Below, in pieces: positions 40,071-54,483 of a stretch of 64,000 nt of DNA. The stretch spans positions 64,790,001 through 64,854,000 of the forward strand of contig OX597832.1 in NCBI GenBank assembly GCA_951406725.2. Reading direction: 5' to 3'. The DNA comes from Octopus vulgaris (taxonomy: Eukaryota). The notes beneath the pieces are model-generated. The model was not told the origin of the DNA and made no database searches. It saw only the letters and a list, made by a program, of their open reading frames with translations. A program made the translations under genes and the position numbers. Positions within the stretch are counted from its first letter, which is position 1, and every line of letters begins with the position of its first letter.

Positions 40071-40451
40071 TCTTTTACTTAGATGTTTCAGCCATTTGAC
40101 TGCAGCCATACTGGAGCACCGGCTGCAGTCGAACAAATCGACCCCAGGATTTATTCTTTTTAAGCCTAGAACATATTCTATCGGTCTCTTATACCGAACC
40201 GCTTAGTTACAGGGGCGTAAACTAACATGTTAAGCGATGGTAGGGGCAAAAACAGATACACAAACATATACATATATTTATATATACGACAGATTTCTTT
40301 CAGTTTCTGTCTGCCAAATCCACTCACAAGGCTTTGATCGGCTAGAGGTTATAGTAGAAGACACTTGCCCACGGTGCCACGCAGTAGGACTGAACCCGGA
40401 ACCATGTGATTGTTAAGCAAGCTTCTTAACACACATAGCCCCCCCATGCGC
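40071..40451 (-). mobile_element. SINE family A, full length
   Basis: Reverse complement is collinear with 7692-8088. Confidence 0.9.
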
Positions 40452-41253
40452 TTATATAAAATTTATTTGTAAAAGCCGCGCAGTTTTTATTCTTGGACTG
40501 GGTGGTACCATTTTCCACAAGCAAACCATCCTGCTTTCTTCCAGTCCACTGATCTTTAGATGAGCAACCCTGCGACGGACTGACGTCGATCAAGGGGAAT
40601 GATGTCACTTTGGTCATTTATACTTCATGGAAACCGGGTAACCGTTCCTGTGTCCAAGAACTCGATGCGATAATGTCCGGCGTTTGAGGATGTCGATGAT
40701 AAATTACCTCAATTAAGTAATCGGATTACATCACACTTAGGATTGAAAGTTCTCTTACTTCAAAATCTGAAAATACATACCTACTTTGATGTTTTCCGTC
40801 ACTATATCTGTAGCACCTCGTTTAGCTTTTGGCAGATCTACATACGTTTGTCAATATGCAATTAAAGTAGCTTGAGGGAACATACTTAAATATATTTCAC
40901 TCAATCCTTGATATTAAGATTTATTGACGGTCCTTGCAAATGCCATTCAAACTTGAAACTGTAATCACGTGAAGTGAATGTCAGAATTCTATCAGAATAT
41001 CTCGCTATAATTCAAGGTATAATGACATATTTTCCATTATGTTCACCATCTGGAACAATATCGCCTTCAATCAGGCGTTCTTAGAAATGGGTTTTCAGAA
41101 TTTCTGTTCCATTGCAAAGCCCATTATCCTTATATAAATTTCGCAATGGCATTGCAACCCTTACAATTCCAAAGGTAATATTAGGAGTTAGAATTCCAGC
41201 AAAGTTTACACCCGTTTAGAAAGTCGACTACATAATTGTACAAATTATCTTCA

Positions 41254-41329
<76 letters not shown>

Positions 41330-41429
41330 GCAAAATTATAGATATGCAACTATACATAGACACACACATATTTATATATCCACACATTCATATACACATG
41401 TTACATATTTTCACAAACACATACACACA

Positions 41430-41467
<38 letters not shown>

Positions 41468-41709
41468 TACGTGCATGTTTTATAAAGGTTTGAATACTAT
41501 ATCACGTTTCCATATTATATTTTTATTAATATTATTGCGTGGCGCGTATTTCGGATTGCTAGCCTATCCTGTGGTTTGGTGAGCCGGTCGTACTGCACTG
41601 GATAAAGGTAAGCAGTATCGGACTCACGGCTCTCCTCGAACTTAGATTACTTGTCACAGATCACACCGCATTTAGCCTGTACACATCTTCAAACTTATAC
41701 AAACATGAT

Positions 41710-41752
<43 letters not shown>

Positions 41753-42709
41753 TGATGTCATATATATATATATATACATGCTGACACTACTCTAAGTTTC
41801 ACCTTTGACTGTTCATCACTGTCGTGCGCTGTTTATGACGTTTAGAATGAGAACGTGAACTCATCGTTTCTCCGCAACATGTTGAACTCTATGCAAAAGT
41901 GATTATCTCTCGTGTTCGAAGATTTTACCTTTCACAGACTCAAGAAAAGCGTCGAGATCTTGTACAACTAAGAAAGGAATGAGGAAGGCTTTCAACACTT
42001 ACCGATATGAACATTTAGGTTCTAATGTATTTTGATATTTGTTCCATCAACCCTTATGGACGTTCTGCGCTCAGGCCTCCGTGGATTCTTTTGAAACCAC
42101 TGGAGCTATCTTTCTTCTGCATTGAACTGACGAGCGAATGTACTTTTCTGATATTTTACTTCCTAACATCATTTCTCGAATCAATGCTTTCGATACCCAT
42201 TCATTCAATGTATCATCCTAAATGCATACCTGTGCAATTATATTTCAGAATTCATACAGAGGTGCCTCATTTCATAAATTTTCTTTCTCATCCGAACAAA
42301 ATAACAACGTGCAATAGATAATAATCCTGATCCAGTTAGCTAATTCGAAGCAAAGCTTTATCATATTTACCCAAAGAAAATGTCACGCTGTGTGTGCACT
42401 GCTCTTTTCTAGTGCGGCCATTTTCACAAACAGAAAGACCATCACAATTTTAACTAGAACATGAATCAATGACCGTACTTAGATAACTAAATTTTGCATG
42501 CAACAGTTGTCAAATGAAAGAATGTCCGTTTATAAAACGTGTTCTGTGTATTTATGATGGTTTGCACACTAGAATGTGACATAATATGCATTCAATGTTC
42601 GATCTGTACGCTGATGTCAATGCAAATTTGACAAAAATAAAGATTTTGCCTGCATTTAGTGTGTTGGCCCTAACTGAACCATTCTCTGTGCGCCAGTAGG
42701 TTGGGCATC

Positions 42710-42896
42710 TTTTTGATCCTTTAACTGCTTTATTCAAATGTTGCAGCCATTCTGGAGCACGGCCTTGGAGGGTTGTAGTCAAGCAAAACGACCCCAGTAT
42801 GTATTTAAGCCTGGAACTTTTTCTGTCGCTTTCTTTTACCGAATTGCTGCGTTATGCAGACGTAAACTAAACAACACCGGCTGTGAAAATGGATGG

Positions 42897-42972
<76 letters not shown>

Positions 42973-43215
42973 AATTTGGTTGCTCTCAATATTTTCCTAA
43001 ATTCATTCACGAGGCATTGTTCTGGCCGAAACTGAAGACATGCTTATAATATCAATTTCAAATTTTGGCACAAGGCCAGAAATTTCGGGGGATGGGATAA
43101 GTCGAATACATCGACTCCAGTACTTAACTGGTACTTATTTTATCGGCCCCAAATGATGAAAGGCAACGTCAACTTGGTCGGAATTTGAACTCAAATATCT
43201 AACGATTCTGCTAAT
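42710..43215 (-). mobile_element. Adjacent degenerate SINE A (42710-43050) and SINE B (43055-43215)
   Basis: gcagccattctggagcac..cgaccccag (family A) and ttttggcacaaggccagaaatttcgggg..gaatttgaactc (family B). Confidence 0.7.
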
Positions 43216-43624
43216 CAAAAGCTTAATGTACAGCAAAACTAAATCAATGAGTGCAAACCAAGCATCTGAACTGCACATCACTGTGTATACATCAAATAAC
43301 ATTCGTCTGGAAATAATACTATATTTAGCTCCAACATACAGAGTGCTAGCTAGTATGTTTTATTATTGATCCTCCCATCGCGAATTACGAAAGAACGATG
43401 ACGTAATGACATCCCAGGTGAAATGAGGAACATGAAAGTATCTGCAGAGATAACTACTTGAACATTAATGATGAGATGGTAATGATTTTTATTCTCTTCA
43501 CTTATTATTACTTTCAGTTATCTTTTTAAAATTTCCGGTATGACATGAGTTGATACTAAAACACACACACACACACAATATAAACTCGTACATGCATTTA
43601 CATATACTTACGTGTATACATATA

Positions 43625-44220
43625 CAGTTGCGGCCAAATTGATCAGAACGGCATTGTTTTCGTCAGAAAAGTAAGTATAAGTTTTTATCAAAGTTGTTTT
43701 GTATTCTATAATTTTTACAGACAATAAATACAATATTAATTGGTATTGTATGAGATTTTGATATAATTTGAGTAGATAATACAAACGTTATGGATGATAT
43801 AGTGATTTACTGCAAAACCCATGGTGGCCAAAATGATCAGAACGATTGAAAAAATAACAAAATAATCAAAAAGTGACAGAGAATACTGGAATTATCTCAT
43901 ATTTAGTGTGAAGCCCTTTAGCTTCAACCAAAGTTTGACATTTTTTACTGCATGGGGAAATTAAATTTTCAATTTCTTGCTGGGTGATCTTATTCCATTC
44001 TTCCTGAAGGGCATTCCATAATTGCTCGGTTGTTTTAGGATTTCTGGCTTTCAAACATTCTTCTAGAATATTCCACACATTTTCAATAGGATTGAGGTCT
44101 GGAATTTGAGCAGGCCAATCCATAACAATAACCTTTTCAGCCTTGAGGAAGTTCATGACCACCTTAGCCTTGTGACATGGGGCATTGTCCTGCATGAATA
44201 TGGGTGGTCGCTTAGTTAAA
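43625..44220 (-). mobile_element. Tc1/mariner (DD34E) transposon 3' end: transposase C-terminus plus IR/DR-type terminal repeat
   Basis: ORF 43866-44195 QDNAPCHKAK...DWPAQIPDLNPIENVW...EEWNKI...KGLHTKY has 34 residues between D and E. The end is TA|CAGTTG at 43623-43630, with direct repeat ggccaaa.tgatcagaacg at 43632-43650 and 43826-43844. Confidence 0.92.
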
Positions 44221-44462
44221 TTTCTCTGTTGACCACTTTTGCTGCTACGATCAACAGTCCTCTACTACTAACCCCAACCACCACCAAGGTTGCCAAAATT
44301 ACGACCAACTACTACGACCAACAATCGCTACTGTTGCTACCATTGGAACACAAGGTAACAAAAAAGCGGTTGCTTTTAATACCAGCAAGAAACAATAATG
44401 GACTTCTTCAATACACTCAACAGGAATATAGCGATTATACCAACTACCGACAAAACACCACC

Positions 44463-44648
44463 ACATGGATTCTATTGAGAACAGTAAGAAACGATTATGA
44501 ACTTTTCAATTTTCACTTTGTATAATATTTTTGTTAAGGTTCGTTTTTTCAAGAACATGGATTCTATTGAGACCAGTAAGAAACGATTATGAACTTCTCC
44601 ATTACACTTTTTATAATATTTTTGATAAGGTTCGTTTTTTCAAGAACC
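44463..44648. repeat. 92-bp tandem duplication
   Basis: acatggattctattgaga.cagtaagaaacgattatgaactt...gttcgttttttcaaga starts at 44463 and again at 44555. Confidence 0.9.
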
Positions 44649-45675
44649 GAAACATGTAAAATTCATAAGAAAATTAAAATTTATCTAATATAGTGGCGTT
44701 TTCAAACTTCCTTTATACAAATATATACCCACTCGTATACGATCTACACTTATTATAAATAAATAAATATATATATAAACAGAAACGGGGGTTTTAATAG
44801 CTACGCCGCACCTCGAACAAGCTCCGAGTCGACTCTACGGTTGAAAGTGCATTTGTTACTTATCTACATTGCCCTACCAACACATGATACCTCCATGGTA
44901 GTTTTATAACACTGATAACCCTGTTATTTTATCTAGCCATTTTTGGCGTCTTATATGTTGATGTACCTAGATTATATTGAATCCTACTACATATGTGTGT
45001 ATGTAAGTATGCTTAATTGTTACCAACATGATTTCAGAAATAATTGAAAATGACCCGCTTTTGCAGGTATCTGAACAACAGATTTGAAGCGTATGTATTA
45101 GAAACAAGATTGAATCTCGATTTATTGAACTATCCCGCTGACGAAATAAAAAAAATTATAGCCTAATTTATATAACATTATATAAATGATATTATTAGTG
45201 GCAGAAAACCATGTCCTCAGCTGTCCTATGGTTTTTGAACCACCAGAGTGACCTTCCCTTATAGCAAGGAACCACACAATCCTTGTATTTTGAGATTATC
45301 TCTCCTAATTAGATTTCGTTCATTTGCCATTAAACGTTAATTTTATCTGCACTAGAAGCTGGGATACTTTTGATAAAGAATCTTATATGGCATTAGTATT
45401 AAGTCTATTTATCTGGTGATATGTGATTTAATGTATGCAGAACCTAAACAATGCATACGTTTATTTGACTCTCCCATATATTACATGCGCATACTTTCGT
45501 ATAAGCGAGTGTATATATATACAGATTCATGGAGTATATATTTGTTTACGTCTATCAAAGTGTATCTATGTATACACTCACATATAAATATATACATTTA
45601 CACACCCGAATATGTATATTCGTCTAAATAATATGCGTACAAATATGAATATATGCTTATATACATATGCATATA

Positions 45676-45725
<50 letters not shown>

Positions 45726-46354
45726 CGTATGTACTTATATTTACATGTATACGTGTATATGTATGTGCATCTATCTCTCTATATAAATATGTATTTATCC
45801 ATTTGCGTTTGTGCCTATATGAATAAATATCTGCCCCCTTCCCCACTATTTCTCTGTGTATATATATATATATATATATAATGAGAGGGAGAGAGAATGC
45901 GTGTGTATATTACGATATATGTGTGCGTGTGTGTTTACGTATGGTTGTTTGTATTAGAAATTCAGGTTGTCATCGTTCATTTGTTTTCTGTGATAATTCT
46001 TCCTGGAAATTGTTTTATTCTTCTGCTGTCCCAAACAATTTTATATGATTCTTTTGCCATTATACAAACGAAAGCTCAGATTCAGAGTGAGAGGCAGACG
46101 AACAGAATACGCCATTACTATTTTTGCTTCTCGGCTACAATTTACTTGAACTCTTCGAACTCAATTATTTTCAGAGTAAACATCGATTGTAAAAATAGCT
46201 AACTGATTCAATATCCTAACGTTTTGACCCTCAAAGATTTTTGTAGTTAGCATTCCCCCGAGAGACACGTTTAAAAACAAATGTAAGCATAGACAGAGAG
46301 TTTTATTAAGATCACAAAGATATATGCGCGCGTGCGTGCGTTTATATATATATT

Positions 46355-46385
<31 letters not shown>

Positions 46386-48052
46386 TCATATATCTATATG
46401 AATTTAGGGACGCATGTATGTGAATTTGATTGCACGTACACATATTTTCAAATATATACAAGTAGGTACCTACTGATATATATATATATATATATATATA
46501 ATTATACATAATTTCCTTCAGTGAGAGAGAGAATGAAGAAAGAGCGACAGAACTATGCACCATGTCCGTTCACACACATACACATATGCATACACATACA
46601 CACACACGTTTTCTAATCATATGCCTTGGGATTATTAATGCGTATACATTTATGAATGTGTATGTGTGTATGCATCTATTTTGAGATATGTAGGTATGTA
46701 TTATATTATATATGAAATTATGAATATACCAAGCAATTAGCCGGCGAATTTATGGAAACCATCGTGTCTTTTTCCTTGTGGTATTAATTTCGGCAATTTT
46801 GCCTTCTTATTTCAAATTCCACTCAGCTTACTGCATTTAGTGGATTATTCTCCCTTACACATATTTGAACCCAGTTTGCACTTTGTTGGACGTCTCCCAT
46901 ATATGCATCATCCAGTTTTGGAAACCCTGTAATAATTATGGGTCGCCTTCCTCCCTCGCCAAATATAGATATTTCTGATACAAAAAAAAAGACTGTCATT
47001 CGTATTTTTACTCAGGTGCAACTCCAATACTTCATCTTCCAAGCGCATCACTATGATCAAACTTTTAAATTTATCTCCCTTACGTTGAATAATTTCTATG
47101 GAAATTACGATCCATGCTCAGAAAGATCAGCGAGGTCCAAGGGAATCGATTATCAAACATTTTGTTCAGCTCCATTTAAGAATATTTATTTTCATTTCAA
47201 ATTATCGCCTGAAGGATTGTGATCAACTAAAAATTCTCAATACCAACAATGAGTAGGATCAGCTCTATAATATTAAATATATCCATCCATACATGTGTGC
47301 GCGTGGTTATGAATACAAACACCAATACTAGCAGAACAACATGTGTTAACCTAACAGAGCGTATCAATTTGATTAATTTGGCGCTACACACTCCGATTTG
47401 ACATTCTCGCAGGTGCGGGTCCGTTTACGTAGAGACTATATGTATAACATGCACACCGACAAGCGCACACATTTTATATCCTAATGGGATGTGTTTGTGT
47501 TTTATATTTGAATATGTCATGGTATTATATATAATTAGAAGTGTTCCTAAGCAGTTATAACATTGTATTTAATGAGGTAATAACAAATGTAAAGGTAGGA
47601 TGACATTATCATAGTGTCCATCTTATACTTGTTTTATCACGTGCTTTATCTCGTTGACATGTGTTATTTAAATTTGACCTCTTCATAGAAAAAGAAATTG
47701 TCATCCAAACATTTCAAACACAGATATCCTGTGAACACCGACATTTTGTTTAGATGTCGTCAGATCTAATAGGAAAATTCTATCTAGGCTTGTTTAAAAA
47801 AAAAAATACCAGCGGATAGTTTATATGAAACGAATCTTAAATGTCAATGACTGTCTGGCATTCTGTAATTATTTTATGCATGATTGAGTTCGAAAAGAAA
47901 ACAAACTGCAGCAAGGACGCTTCTGTTGTTGATATTAGAAAAATTTTCCTGCAGTGATAGCAATAATTACGTGTATGTACATTCATATATTGATAGCTAT
48001 GAAATCCAGTGTTTGAAGATAATTATAAATACATTTATACACACCTTATATT

Positions 48053-48117
<65 letters not shown>

Positions 48118-48349
48118 ACGTAAGTTGTACGTATATTTATATATTGGATGATATAATATGATAATGAAAATACATCGTGACTTAGAACTTCACTCTGAAC
48201 GATTATCAGAATCTCTTAATATTACGTCAACTACATGCATTTGTTATTTTCCTCTCGCGTAAAGATTCTTGTATTGCAGGATTTGTTCGAAGTGGGATAA
48301 CTCCTTATCTTTTTGAGAGAAAGATAAATAGACAGATAGACACAGTCAG

Positions 48350-49210
48350 CCTCTCTTATCAGCTGTGCCGATCGACCAAAATTATCACAGGCAGTCGAGG
48401 ATCCAAATGACATTCTAAATCTGAAAATCAACATTAATGCTATATACAATTGGGTTGATGAAAATAACATGCTAACATGAAGTTCAATGCTGAGAAGTTT
48501 CGAGAACTTCACTAACAGCCCACAAACAGACTACAATGAGAATACACTGGAAGGAGGAATGAGGGATGGTGCAGTAACAATGACAGAATCGGTGAGTGAC
48601 CTGGGAATTCCCACGAGTAATGATATAGTGCATATTACCAAGATGACGATGGCCACACTAAGCAGGCGAGTAGCAGGAAGAATGACACCATGCTACTCCT
48701 ATAGCGAACTTTCTTTCTCAATCGTCTCGATTCCTGCTCCCCACTCTGGTTCCGGCAGAGCGTCAAAATTGCGGCGGATTTTGAAGCAATCCAGTGCCAC
48801 TACATCAAGAATATTGACTCGGTGAAAGAGATGAGCTACAGGGAGAGGATAAAAGAACTAAAGCTCTACTCTCTAGAAAAAAAATGTGGAAGACTCGTGA
48901 TCTACATATGAAAGATCCCGAAATATCAAGCTCTCAACTTAGGAATTGTAAGTTATGCCAACCACCAAACTGGGCGGCACTGCATAGTATCAAGGGTTAC
49001 GTCTTCTCCTAGAATATGGACCAAGTATTATAACAACTTCGGTTTCAGGAGTCCACGACTATTCAACATTCTATCAAACAATTTCAGAGATTTGCAAGGT
49101 GGAGGTCTTCAAATGGCACCTGGACAAATTTTTATCTAAAATACCTGATGAACCCACATCGCAGCAAGAGGCACAAAGTAGAGCATCTCCGTCAACGCGC
49201 TACTTTACTA
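48350..49210 (+). mobile_element. CR1-like LINE ORF2 3' fragment (RT C-terminus and tail), heavily disrupted
   Basis: Translations AIYNWVDENNM..KFNAEKF, LEAIQ..YIKNIDSVKEMSYRERIKELKLYSLE and FKWHLDKFLSKIPDEP are typical CR1-clade ORF2 motifs; multiple frameshifts. Confidence 0.75.
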
Positions 49211-49976
49211 AAAACAGTACAGAAAACACACCCAAACAGAATGAAAGCTGGTGCTCCAGCGTGGCATCAACCTTTGACTGAAACCATTGGTAGAAAAAGT
49301 TTTATATATATATATATATATATAACACCTTAGGTAGGGTCTGAAATCATCGAATATTTCGAATTAACGATAATACCTGGTTGACATTAACATGCAATGA
49401 CAAATATTCAGGTATTTGACACCATTCTGTTTGCTGAAAGAACTTGGAAAATTCCATGTAATAGCAGTGTTTAGCACATAAACAACCAGCAAATATTCAA
49501 TATATAAATAACTAATTCTATCGAATCTTCAATGTTTCTTAAACTCTCTCTTTTTCCCTCTCTCATTTGCTAAGGTCTTTTGTCGTTAAGTAGCAAAGTG
49601 TCCGTATCTCGGTGCAGACGTACATAGTTTCATTCTGTATAGCGTGAAAAAGGTTCGATATTTTAAGTTGGTTAAAGGCAATGTCGTAATGGTATATTCC
49701 TTATTTCAAACTTTTACCAGTTTTTCATTATATGAGTTCTGACAGCTCATAAAATCGTTTGGTGTACTTCAATATTTTGTCCTTACATTTTATAGTATCT
49801 TGCAGATGTCATCGTTCATTCCATAAAAGCACACAATATTAAATATTTTTTAATGCTATCGAGTTGCCATATATATATGATTAAGGTGACATTTAAATAA
49901 GACTTTCCTAGCTGGTTATTTGTGTCTTACCTGTCCATAATGGTACCTATTTAACAGTCAAGGGGGTTACCAAATT

Positions 49977-50017
<41 letters not shown>

Positions 50018-50229
50018 ACACACATACCTGGCAATTATATGCATATAAACTCACATATATATATAAATATCTGTGTGTGTATATCTATATATATGCGTAT
50101 GTATATCTATATGTGTGTGTAAATCCATATATGTAGGTGTGTGTATATATATCTATATATATATGCACACACACACGGGCGTACACTAACACAGAAATAT
50201 TTATTGGCGCAACGGATACATAATCTTTA

Positions 50230-50850
50230 CCGTGATTTTCTTATATTTGTTAATTTTCTCTGTCTGTCTCGCTTTCACCGTTTGGCTCTCTTATTTCCTG
50301 TCTTTTTACTTCCATTCATCTTTTTATTCAATTATTTTTCGCCTCTTATTCAAACCCCACCTTCAAATGTATAACAAAAACAAAAATAATATCCTCTTAT
50401 TTTTCTTCATTTCATTTCAATTCTTACAACCACTTCTTCCTCCTCCCATTCCTCATCTCTTTCATTTCTTAACCTTTCTTCATAGCTTCCATTTTCCCCC
50501 GTCCATCACAACCTTTCTTTTCCTACAATTAATGTTTTGTACCTAATACCTCCATTATTCCTCAGAGCATTTTTTTTATATTTAAAAATGACTTTTATGA
50601 ATATTCGCTTTTTTTTATTCGTTGATACTTTTAACTCTTCTACAGTCTTCCTTACCAACGTCCTTCTATCCTTCCTCTCACTTTACCATTCCTTTTGTTC
50701 AATATGTCTCCAAATCATATTTTCTACCTTTCACATTTTTTCTGCTTCTCTTTCACCTTTACTGTGTACATCCTACTTTTCTTGGTCGTTATAACATCCA
50801 ATATATCATTCTACTCTATTTTTTTTTCATTTTATCTCTAAAATATTTTT
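50230..50850. repeat. Pyrimidine-rich low-complexity tract
   Basis: T/C skew on + strand; spurious F/L/S ORFs. Confidence 0.7.
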
Positions 50851-51436
50851 TTATATATCAATATCTACACGCACAAACACACACAGACAAGAAACTATAC
50901 ACATACATGAATATACATAAATATATATATATATACATACATATATATATATATATACATACATACATACAAATTCAGAAGTGAGTATATATGTACAGGC
51001 GAGTAAAATATGTGCATGTGTGTATATGCATATGAACGTTTGTAATATGAATATGGGCGCGCGCATACACAAACACAGACTTAGTTTTACAACCTATTTA
51101 GTATTTTTTTACAAGATTTTACTTCTAAAGATATAAAAACAACAAAATCATTGCAACATTGATCGACAGTAACGCCTTTGTCCATTGTGGCGGCTTAATA
51201 AACGTTTGCAACTTTACAAGTGGCCTTGTACAATTCCCTTCTTTGATAGATAGCAGATCTGTGAAGTTAGTTGGAGAATTGGCTTCTTCAACCTGCCAGA
51301 ACCAATCTTAATAATAGACACCGATTTCGGTGAATATAACTGTCATCGTATCTACATCTCCATATAACTTTGATCTCATAAAGCTATTATTTTTTTTATA
51401 CGAGTTATTTGTATGTGTGTGTATGCACATATATAC

Positions 51437-51500
<64 letters not shown>

Positions 51501-51633
51501 CAACGTGAATTTTCAACAACAGAGATAAGTTTTAGACGGCAATACATCAATGTGTCCTTTCCATTGCGGACCTTCAACAAGCGATCAATGAAAGATCACC
51601 ATTGCTCTATTTCTTCCCTTCACACCTCTCTCT

Positions 51634-51675
<42 letters not shown>

Positions 51676-51797
51676 GAGTAAGTGTGTGTATGCGTCAAAC
51701 GGACACATACTCATAAATGCAAACATTCACAGACAGATACAATAGCCTTTGTCGCTTCCTCTAACAATCTCTGCCTCTTTATACATACATACATATA

Positions 51798-51836
<39 letters not shown>

Positions 51837-52873
51837 TCTATATGGTGATCTATAATATATACATGCATACATATGTGCTATATATATATATATATATATA
51901 TACATATGAAGTGAGAAATGTGTTTGCATCTGTATTTATATACTTTACATACAAATACGCACCTATATTATTCATGGTAGAGTTGAGCATGTCATCTTTT
52001 CAATGCTGTCTTGCGGTGATCTTGGAAGTAACATTTGGAGTGAAGACAAGTGGAGAAAGGGCCAATGATATGGCCTTTTGGCATTATGTTAGACGTTTCC
52101 TTGTCGGATGATGTGATGAAGTTTATCAAAGACACTCAATAATCACACTGTAATGCTAACATTTCATTGGTATTTCATTTGTGTGTGTTGTGTATGGCAT
52201 GTGTTTTAGTCGCATACATGTATTTAAAATATATATTCCACTTATGGACATACATGTAACAAATATATCAATTTACCTACATATACTTAATGATATATTC
52301 TTTAAACACGTACGCATGCGCACCAGAAAATGTTCTTACATTTCCATCACTGATGCTGCTATTTTTATTTCTTAAAAAATTTTTTTGCGTCATGAGCTTC
52401 GAAATATCTAATTTGTTCAAAATATCTTCAAGCACCGTGACTTATCAAAATGGCTTCTTTGAAAATTATATATTTCCTCCGTTTAAATACAGTCAACGTC
52501 GCTGTTTTGCGTTCAGCGGACATATTTTAGCGGAAGAAGAACTAAAAAATTTACTGACTCATTACTTTTACGTATTCAATTTCTGTTATTATTTATTTGG
52601 TTTGTTAAAAAAAACAAAAAACACAACTTTTGAAGTTTTTAATTGGAAATAGTTTCCTCCAACGAGAATCGAAACTGGGTTTACTTGACGGTGTATATCA
52701 CTCGTAGCCAGCAGGCTACCTTGCACTTTACAGCATTTATCGATGCTGTGAATATTTGATTTAAAAACGTTTAGATTTTGACTGTAAGATATCCGCAGGA
52801 GATTCGAAAAATCGATTCTATATTTTCCTCCTTGTGACATGCAAGATTTCAGTGTATGTGAGTCTGTGTGTAT

Positions 52874-52930
<57 letters not shown>

Positions 52931-53785
52931 CACATGAAAAAATCGAAGTATAATAAAATACCGAACTAGTTCAGAATTTTTAACTTGTATTGGATTTTAT
53001 AAAAAAAATAGTTGAGAATGTATTTAAAAAGAGAGAAGAAAACATTTCTATATCGACTAAATTTGCGTGTGCGTCTGGAGAAAGCAGTATTATTGTGTGT
53101 GAAGTTTATTGTCTCAGATATCTAAAAGTTTTATTTTCTTTTTCCCTGGATTACAGCATTGAGTACTTCTCATTGACCCAACAACATGGCAACATAATAC
53201 AATACACACATGCGCGTGCACGTATATGTGTACGTATGGTAGGAAATGATCGATTCATTTGTGCTCCGTTCTAACTGCAGCACGTGAAGCTGGAGCATCT
53301 GACGCGACAGTTATATGAATGCAACCGAACAGACCAGGTCTTTAACCTACGGGTATTTTTTGCCGCCCGCGTGGGATTCCGTGAAGAATCTCATTGGTTC
53401 TCTTCTGATTCAAATTTCCGAAGATTTCTGTGTTCGTTTACCTGGGAATTATATAATTCTCAGACTCACAATATATATATATATATATAATCAATAATGA
53501 TAAAGGGTAAAATTAATTAATCAATTACTAATTAATAATTTTTCCAAGTAGTTCCGTATGTTAAAAGAACCATTATCGTTATTTTTTCTGTTTGCGTGAG
53601 TTGGGAGTATTGCTGGCTGGGAAATATGGTAGTGGAATACTATGTAACTGCTATTTCTAAATTTCGGTATGTGGTGAAGCAATTTTGCTGAACCCTAATT
53701 ATAATTATGCTTATAATTATAGATCGTTTTGGGATTTGGTTTGCAAGATCCTTTATGCGAGTTCGTGTGCTGAAGCATATTCTGT

Positions 53786-54036
53786 TGTGTCTGGGGAGAG
53801 TCATTTTCTTTTTGTGCCTTTTAATTTAACGCACTGGTAAAATTTCCACTCATTTCTTATTTTTATTTTCCTAAACTTTTCGTTGCATCTTGCAACTTTT
53901 TCAAGAGTCAAGACTATTGAAAGGGTTGCAAGACACAACGAAAATTTTAGGAAAATAAAAATAAGAAATGAGTGGCAATTTTACCAGTGCGTTAAATTAA
54001 AAGGCACAAAAAGAAAAGAAAACGACTCTCCCCAGA

Positions 54037-54040
<4 letters not shown>
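53786..54040. repeat. Long palindrome (~125-bp arms, 2-nt spacer) at the end of an AT-rich element starting ~53490
   Basis: tgtgtctggggagagtc...cgttgcatcttgcaactttttcaagagtc AA gactattgaaagggttgcaagacacaacg...gactctccccagacaca. Confidence 0.92.
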
Positions 54041-54087
<47 letters not shown>

Positions 54088-54088
54088 G

Positions 54089-54483
<395 letters not shown>

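Noticed and set aside
41780-42700. Possible decayed LINE on the minus strand (similar stretch at 37640-38270)
   Set aside because: No diagnostic RT or endonuclease motif could be read by eye.
47016-47056. THAP-like ATPILHLP after a splice acceptor
   Set aside because: Immediate stop codon and no upstream C2CH motif.
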